NCBI GenBank assembly: GCA_044220955.1
Contig: JBGAQA010000003.1
Location: forward strand, 98,448-108,597
Direction: 5' to 3'
Length of the DNA stretch: 10,150 nucleotides
DNA from: Sandaracinaceae bacterium
GTDB taxonomy: Bacteria; Myxococcota_A; Polyangia; Polyangiales; Sandaracinaceae
Below are positions 6,283 to 10,150 of the stretch, in pieces; the stretch's first letter is position 1, and every line of letters starts with the position of its first letter. The notes under the pieces were generated by a model that was not told the origin of the DNA, ran no database searches, and worked only from the letters and a program-made list of their open reading frames with translations. A program made the position numbers and the translations under genes.

Positions 6283-7664
6283 TGCGCGCCGCGGCTCTCC
6301 TCGCGACGAGCACGCTGGTCTTCGCCGGCTGCTTCACCCTCAGCCCGAACGGGCCGCCGCGCGGCTACGAGCGCGACGACGTCAGCTGCTCGGACAACAC
6401 CGACAACGACTTCGACCGCCTCGTCGACTGCCGTGATCCCGACTGCCTGATGGGCGGCTTCTGCGGCGAGCGCACGTCGCTCGACCCCGATCCGCACCCC
6501 GAGAACACGTTCGACCGCTGCGTCGATCGCATCGACAACGACCTCGACGGCAACTTCGACTGCGGCGACTCCGACTGTCTGCAGATCCTCGAGGTCTGCT
6601 GCACGCTCGAGTTCGACAACGAGAGCTGCAGCAACGGGCGCGACGACGACCAGAACCAGTTCGCCGACTGCCGCGACCACAGCTGCAGCCAGGCGGCCGT
6701 GTCGTTCATCACCGTCTGCGCCGCCGAGACCGTCTGCGACGACGGTCTCGACAACGACGGCGACCGCGACACGGACTGCGCCGATCGGGACTGCGCGATG
6801 GCTGCGGCGTGCGTCGAGCGAGACTGCGGCAACGGCGCCGACGACGACCGCGACGCTCGCACCGACTGCCAGGACTCCGACTGCTTCACGGCGCCCGGCT
6901 GCCCTGCCGGGAACGAGCACTCGCTCGCCGAGTGCAGCGACGGGATCGACAACGACCACAACACGTACGTCGACTGCGTCGACCGCGGCTGCACCAACGC
7001 GAGCAACGGCGCGAGCGCCGAGGCCATCGCCTACTGCGCCATGCACGCCGAGCACACGCTCGCCGAGTGCAGCGACCGAGTCGACAACGACGGCAACCGC
7101 TACGTCGACTGCGCCGATCGCGGCTGCTCGCAGGCGGCCAACGGCGCGAGCCCCGAGGCCGTCGCGCGCTGCGCCGAGATCGCCGAGAGCACGCTCGCCA
7201 AGTGCAGCGACCGGATCGACAACGACGGCAACGGCTACACGGACTGCGCGGACAACAGCTGCTCGATGAGCATGGACTTCGACATCATCGCGTACTGCCG
7301 GATGCACACGGAGGCCACGTTCGCGACCTGCACCGACGGCATCGACAACGACGACAACCGGTATGCCGACTGCGCCGACCGCTCCTGCCGCACCGTCGCC
7401 GACACCGATCCGGACACCGGCCGCATCCGTACGCCCTGCCAGGAGAGCGTGTCGCCGGCCGACTGTTCGGACGGCTTCGACAACGACCGCGACGGCTTCA
7501 CCGACTGCGAAGACTGGGACTGCAACTACAACCCGGCGACGCAGGCGAGCTGCCTCGCGGCCCGCGGCGCCCGCGGGCTGGTCTGCGGCACCCCCGACTA
7601 CGTCCTGCACCCGCGCGACGCGGGAGCCGCCCCGGGTGACGCGGGCGCCGACGCGGGCCTCTGA
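6282..7664 (+). CDS. Lipoprotein composed of 10 Cys/Asp-rich putative Ca2+-binding repeats, 460 aa
   Basis: C-terminal part of ORF 5331..7664. ATG 6282 overlaps the nuclease stop (TGATG). MRAAALLATSTLVFAGC is a lipoprotein signal with Cys17. There are ten C-x-[DN]-x-x-D-[ND]-D-x-[DN]-x-x-x-D-C-x-D-x-x-C units and a DAG-rich tail. Confidence 0.88.
   Translation: MRAAALLATSTLVFAGCFTLSPNGPPRGYERDDVSCSDNTDNDFDRLVDCRDPDCLMGGFCGERTSLDPDPHPENTFDRCVDRIDNDLDGNFDCGDSDCLQILEVCCTLEFDNESCSNGRDDDQNQFADCRDHSCSQAAVSFITVCAAETVCDDGLDNDGDRDTDCADRDCAMAAACVERDCGNGADDDRDARTDCQDSDCFTAPGCPAGNEHSLAECSDGIDNDHNTYVDCVDRGCTNASNGASAEAIAYCAMHAEHTLAECSDRVDNDGNRYVDCADRGCSQAANGASPEAVARCAEIAESTLAKCSDRIDNDGNGYTDCADNSCSMSMDFDIIAYCRMHTEATFATCTDGIDNDDNRYADCADRSCRTVADTDPDTGRIRTPCQESVSPADCSDGFDNDRDGFTDCEDWDCNYNPATQASCLAARGARGLVCGTPDYVLHPRDAGAAPGDAGADAGL
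6915..7388 (+). repeat. Intragenic tandem repeat: units start at 6915, 7050, 7185 (135-bp period) and 7311 (126 bp later, more diverged)
   Basis: The first three units share CGCTCGCC[G/A]AGTGCAGCGAC...TCGACAACGAC. The proteins read EHSLAECSDGIDND, EHTLAECSDRVDND, ESTLAKCSDRIDND and EATFATCTDGIDND. The end coordinate is approximate. Confidence 0.85.
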
Positions 7665-7715
7665 CTCCGCCGTCCTGTTCGACCGTTCGATCGACCCCCT
7701 CGAGAGCCGACACGC

Positions 7716-9350
7716 ATGCACTCCGCCGCCTCCGTTCGAAAGCACCTGATCGTCCTCTGCGCGACGTTGCTCGTCGCCGCGCCTGCCACGGCGCAGACCG
7801 AGCCGCCCCAGGAGATCCTCTCTCCGGTGCTGCCGGCCACGTCTTCGGCGGGACCGACCACCGAGGCCAATTGTGGCGACCGCCTCGACGACGATCACGA
7901 CGGACTGGCCGACTGCGGCGATGCCGACTGCTTCGAGTCGCCGAGCTGCGAGGCGGGCGGCAACGACGAGAACACCGAGGCGGCGTGCCGCGACTGGCTC
8001 GACAACGACGGGGACGGCTTCACGGACTGCGACGATCAGGACTGCCAGGTGCAGGAGATCCGCGCATGTCGCGGCAGCTGGGCGGGTGCGTCGTCGGCCG
8101 CGACGTCGAGCAGCCAGGGCGGCGACGACCTGCCCGAGCTCGGACCGGGGCAGAGCCTCGAGGATCTCATCGGCTCGGGCACCGACCGTGACGGAGAGCG
8201 CAGCGACGAGACGTGCTCGGACGGCATCGACAACGACCTCGACGGCGCGATGGACTGCGCCGACATCGGCTGCCGCTTCGATCCCTCCGTGACCGTCTGC
8301 CAGTCGCACGCCGGGATCCGCTTCTCCGTGGTCGCGGGTGCCGGCGCGCGCCTGACGCTCAACTACAACCTCGACGGCTCGTACGCGGGCAACCGGCCGG
8401 AGGGCGGCATCACGCTCATCCAGCTCCGGGCGCTCGGTCAGATCCCCGGGATCCAGAACTCGTTCTTCTTGCTCAGCGCGCGGCTCGACGACTCGTTCCG
8501 CCTCTCCTTCGTCACGTTCCAGATCCCGATCAGCTCCCGCGGCCACTACCTCGGGATGAACAGCGGCTCGGGCACGCTCTCGACCATCCGCATCATCTCG
8601 GCCGCGCGGCAGCTCTTCCTCGACCCGGCGAACTACCTCGCGTCCGCGTTCGAGCAGGGCAACGGCGTCGTGGTCGAGACGGGCGGTCCGATCGACGACG
8701 ACGGCAGGGTGCGCTTCCGGCTCTTCGGCGCCGTCGGGTCGAACCAGTTCTCGAGCTCGGTCGGCGGGCGCTTCTTCAGCGCCGACGATCGCAACTTCGC
8801 CTGGACGGTCGGTGGCGCGCTGCAGCTCGACGTGGCCGGGCACTACGATCGCATCGGCGACAACCCGTACCTGTACACGCCCGTCCCGCTCAACGTGTCG
8901 TTCCTCGCGGGCGTGAAGTTCGACACGCTGCCGAACGAGCAGGCGCTCGCCTGGCACGCGCTCGGCGTGTTCCGCTTCTGGCACTTCGAGCTGCGGGCCG
9001 AGAGCTACTCGCGCTACGTCATGGACTACGGCGCGTTCCAGACGGCCTACAACGTGATGCTCGCCGCGCTCGTCGTGCCGCGCGCGCTGCTGCTCGCCGC
9101 CGACATCGGCGGCTTCTACCACCCGATCGGCTACAGCAACCTGCCGACGAGCTCCTCCGCGATGACGCCAGCCGGCGTCACCTACCAGCCGGAGCTGCTC
9201 CAGTACCGCGCCGCGGTGCACTGGTTCTTCTACCGGAACGTCGGGATCCTCTCGCTCGTGTACGCGGGCACCCAGCGCGAGCACGTCGACGGCGCGCTCG
9301 TCTCCGACGTCGAGCACGTCGTCCGCGTCGAGTCGCGGTTCCGTTTTTGA
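7716..9350 (+). CDS. Probable outer-membrane beta-barrel (Porin O/P-like layout) with three N-terminal Cys/Asp-rich repeats, 544 aa
   Basis: Sec signal RKHLIVLCATLLVAAPATA-Q. Repeats are CGDRLDDDHDGLADCGDADC, CRDWLDNDGDGFTDCDDQDC and CSDGIDNDLDGAMDCADIGC. A Cys-free region of about 345 aa follows, with alternating amphipathic strands, and ends in VRVESRFRF with the terminal Phe typical of BAM substrates. Confidence 0.8.
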   Translation: MHSAASVRKHLIVLCATLLVAAPATAQTEPPQEILSPVLPATSSAGPTTEANCGDRLDDDHDGLADCGDADCFESPSCEAGGNDENTEAACRDWLDNDGDGFTDCDDQDCQVQEIRACRGSWAGASSAATSSSQGGDDLPELGPGQSLEDLIGSGTDRDGERSDETCSDGIDNDLDGAMDCADIGCRFDPSVTVCQSHAGIRFSVVAGAGARLTLNYNLDGSYAGNRPEGGITLIQLRALGQIPGIQNSFFLLSARLDDSFRLSFVTFQIPISSRGHYLGMNSGSGTLSTIRIISAARQLFLDPANYLASAFEQGNGVVVETGGPIDDDGRVRFRLFGAVGSNQFSSSVGGRFFSADDRNFAWTVGGALQLDVAGHYDRIGDNPYLYTPVPLNVSFLAGVKFDTLPNEQALAWHALGVFRFWHFELRAESYSRYVMDYGAFQTAYNVMLAALVVPRALLLAADIGGFYHPIGYSNLPTSSSAMTPAGVTYQPELLQYRAAVHWFFYRNVGILSLVYAGTQREHVDGALVSDVEHVVRVESRFRF

Positions 9351-9356
9351 CGATTC

Positions 9357-10150
9357 CTACAGCCGGATCTCGTGGGGGCGGCGGCGGGTGAAGACCGCCT
9401 CGCCCGACGCGACGATGCTGGCCGGGTAGTCGGCCGCGACGACGTCGGCGCCGATCACGCAGCCCGAGCCGATCACGTGGTCGGCGGGGACGACGGCGCC
9501 CTTGCCGACGACCGTGAGCGCGCCGCCCGGCTCGCCGATCTTCGCGCCCGCGCCGACGCGCACGCGCGCGTCGAGGATGGCGCGCTCGAGGACGGCGCCG
9601 CGCTCGATGGCTGCGTCGGTGAGCACGACCGAGTCGCGGATCACGGCCCCGGGCATCACGCGCACGCCGGGCGAGAGGATGCTGCGCTCGATGATCGCGC
9701 CCGAGTGCAGCGTGCAGCCGTGCGTGATCAGCGCGTCGTTGACGGTCACGCCCTTGGCGAAGCGCGCGGGCGAGCGGTTCTCGCTGCGCGTGTGGATGAG
9801 CCAGCCGAGATCGTTCAGATCGTACGCGGGCGGATCGCTCACGAGATCCATGTGCGCGTCCCAGTAGCTGTCCAGCGTGCCGACGTCCCGCCAGTAGCCC
9901 TTGTAGAGCCACGAGAACACCCGCTCGCCCTTGGAGATCATGCGCGGCAGGATGTCCTTGCCGAAGTCGTGGCTCGAGCCCTGGAGATCCTTGTCCTCGA
10001 GCAGCACGCGATCGAGCACGTCGTAGTCGAAGACGTAGATCCCCATCGAGCCGAGCCCCGGGACCGGCGTCTTGGGCTTCTCCACGAAGTGCGTGATGCG
10101 CCCGCTCGCGTCCACCTGGCAGATGCCGAAGCGCGACTTCTCCTCTTCGG
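9357..10150 (-). CDS. glgC: Glucose-1-phosphate adenylyltransferase (ADP-glucose pyrophosphorylase), 5'-truncated by the window edge
   Basis: Motifs SRFGICQVD, FVEKP (Glc-1-P-binding Lys), SMGIYVF, SHDFGKDILP and GYWRDVGTLDSYWDAHMDL, followed by hexapeptide left-handed beta-helix repeats. The frame stays open to the window edge. Confidence 0.93.
   Translation of the reverse strand, partial: EEEKSRFGICQVDASGRITHFVEKPKTPVPGLGSMGIYVFDYDVLDRVLLEDKDLQGSSHDFGKDILPRMISKGERVFSWLYKGYWRDVGTLDSYWDAHMDLVSDPPAYDLNDLGWLIHTRSENRSPARFAKGVTVNDALITHGCTLHSGAIIERSILSPGVRVMPGAVIRDSVVLTDAAIERGAVLERAILDARVRVGAGAKIGEPGGALTVVGKGAVVPADHVIGSGCVIGADVVAADYPASIVASGEAVFTRRRPHEIRL

Noticed and set aside
6915..7388. Periodic DNA repeats as a CRISPR array or non-coding repeat
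   Set aside because: The repeats are in-frame, degenerate at codon positions and have no repeat-spacer structure. They are protein repeats.
7676..7695. Short GTTCGA/TCGAC repeats in the 51-nt spacer
   Set aside because: TCGA-containing words are abundant throughout the window. There is no tRNA-like fold or stable hairpin.
6273..9317. 1014-aa minus-strand ORF
   Set aside because: It is the antisense shadow of the two repeat genes. Its V/A/R-rich repeats (VAVVVDPVAALGER) are just the reverse complement of the DND/C codons. Long stop-free antisense frames are expected at this GC content.
6282..9350. Porin plus multiheme cytochrome (MtrAB-like) conduit
   Set aside because: The Cys-rich lipoprotein has no CxxCH heme-binding motifs. 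Its Cys spacing is x13/x4 within acidic loops.

Overview
A very GC-rich, gene-dense bacterial window. Gene style and content suggest Myxococcota (inference only). There are two divergent gene blocks plus one convergent gene. The minus-strand block (5041->1) encodes a glutaryl-CoA-dehydrogenase-like acyl-CoA dehydrogenase, a small zinc-ribbon membrane protein, a VWA/MIDAS lipoprotein, a DEAD-box RNA helicase with a DbpA-type C-terminal domain, and the 5' part of a probable exported protein that the ORF track misses. The plus-strand block (5278->9350) is the most interesting part. It is a compact three-gene unit: a secreted, divergent thermonuclease (SNase-like), a lipoprotein built from 10 Cys/Asp-rich C-x13-C-x4-C repeats, and a protein with 3 more of these repeats fused to a probable outer-membrane beta-barrel with a Porin O/P-like layout. 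A 5'-truncated glgC converges on it from the right. I saw no RNA genes, CRISPR arrays or mobile elements. All family calls come from reading motifs by eye, not from database searches.
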